From positions 1 to 64,000 of the IMG/VR virus record IMGVR_UViG_3300043436_004120: a DNA stretch of 64,000 bases; one strand, 5' to 3'. A program made the translations under genes and the position numbers. Shown here in pieces: positions 63,931 through 64,000 of the stretch (positions are counted from its first letter, which is position 1; each line of letters opens with the position of its first letter). The notes under the pieces were generated by a model. That model saw nothing but the letters and a program-made list of their open reading frames with translations. It was not told the DNA's origin and searched no databases. The stretch is from a virus (Duplodnaviria > Heunggongvirae > Uroviricota > Caudoviricetes).

Positions 63931-64000
63931 AAAACAATGTGCCCATTCAGTATAGTTTATAGTCTTGTAGTGTGGAAGTTCATTTGCTACTACATCATAG

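Noticed and set aside
1-64000. CRISPR arrays, rRNA genes, integrase/transposase genes
   Set aside because: I found none: no regularly spaced direct repeats, no rRNA-like segments, and no tyrosine/serine recombinase or DDE transposase motifs in any ORF.

Overview
This 64-kb window reads like a segment of a large tailed dsDNA phage genome. It is densely packed on both strands, mosaic, and rich in intergenic sigma70-like promoters and stem-loop terminators.

Layout, left to right:
- 1..1640: an almost ORF-free stretch with a tRNA-Glu and many copies of a repeated motif (core GACCCTAARYTG).
- 1637..10882: a minus-strand operon of mostly small unknown genes, which also carries a ThyX-like thymidylate synthase, a metallophosphoesterase and a SleB-like cell-wall hydrolase.
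- 10933 onwards: a plus-strand early/middle region with a UvdE-like UV-damage endonuclease, an SGNH hydrolase and a low-molecular-weight phosphatase-like protein.
- 14440..22260: a tRNA island. I count about 24 canonical tRNAs and several degenerate or unusual ones, a circularly permuted two-piece tmRNA with tag ANDQVYALAA immediately followed by a ClpP-like protease, and several structured noncoding islands.
- 22357..25820: a Gly-rich fibre plus tail-fibre assembly chaperone (Tfa), and a rubrerythrin/rubredoxin pair.
- 30262..48161: a replication and recombination module. It has a split NAD-dependent ligase, a DnaB-like helicase, a primase, a family-A DNA polymerase, an SF2 helicase, SbcCD-like nuclease/ATPase, glutaredoxin, a FEN/RNaseH-like 5'-3' exonuclease, dUTPase and a class II-like ribonucleotide reductase.
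- 48614..50622: collagen-like and Q-rich proteins and a Dps-like ferritin.
- 50752..63930: a minus-strand block. It holds PhoH, a run of secreted/membrane proteins, a lysis cassette (GH19 endolysin plus i/o-spanins), three tandem paralogous glycosyltransferase-like genes, and sugar-modifying enzymes (NDP-sugar 4,6-dehydratase, C-methyltransferase, methyltransferase) beside a peptidase-S74 (fibre chaperone) domain protein.

All tRNA and motif coordinates were derived by hand folding and may be off by 1-2 nt.
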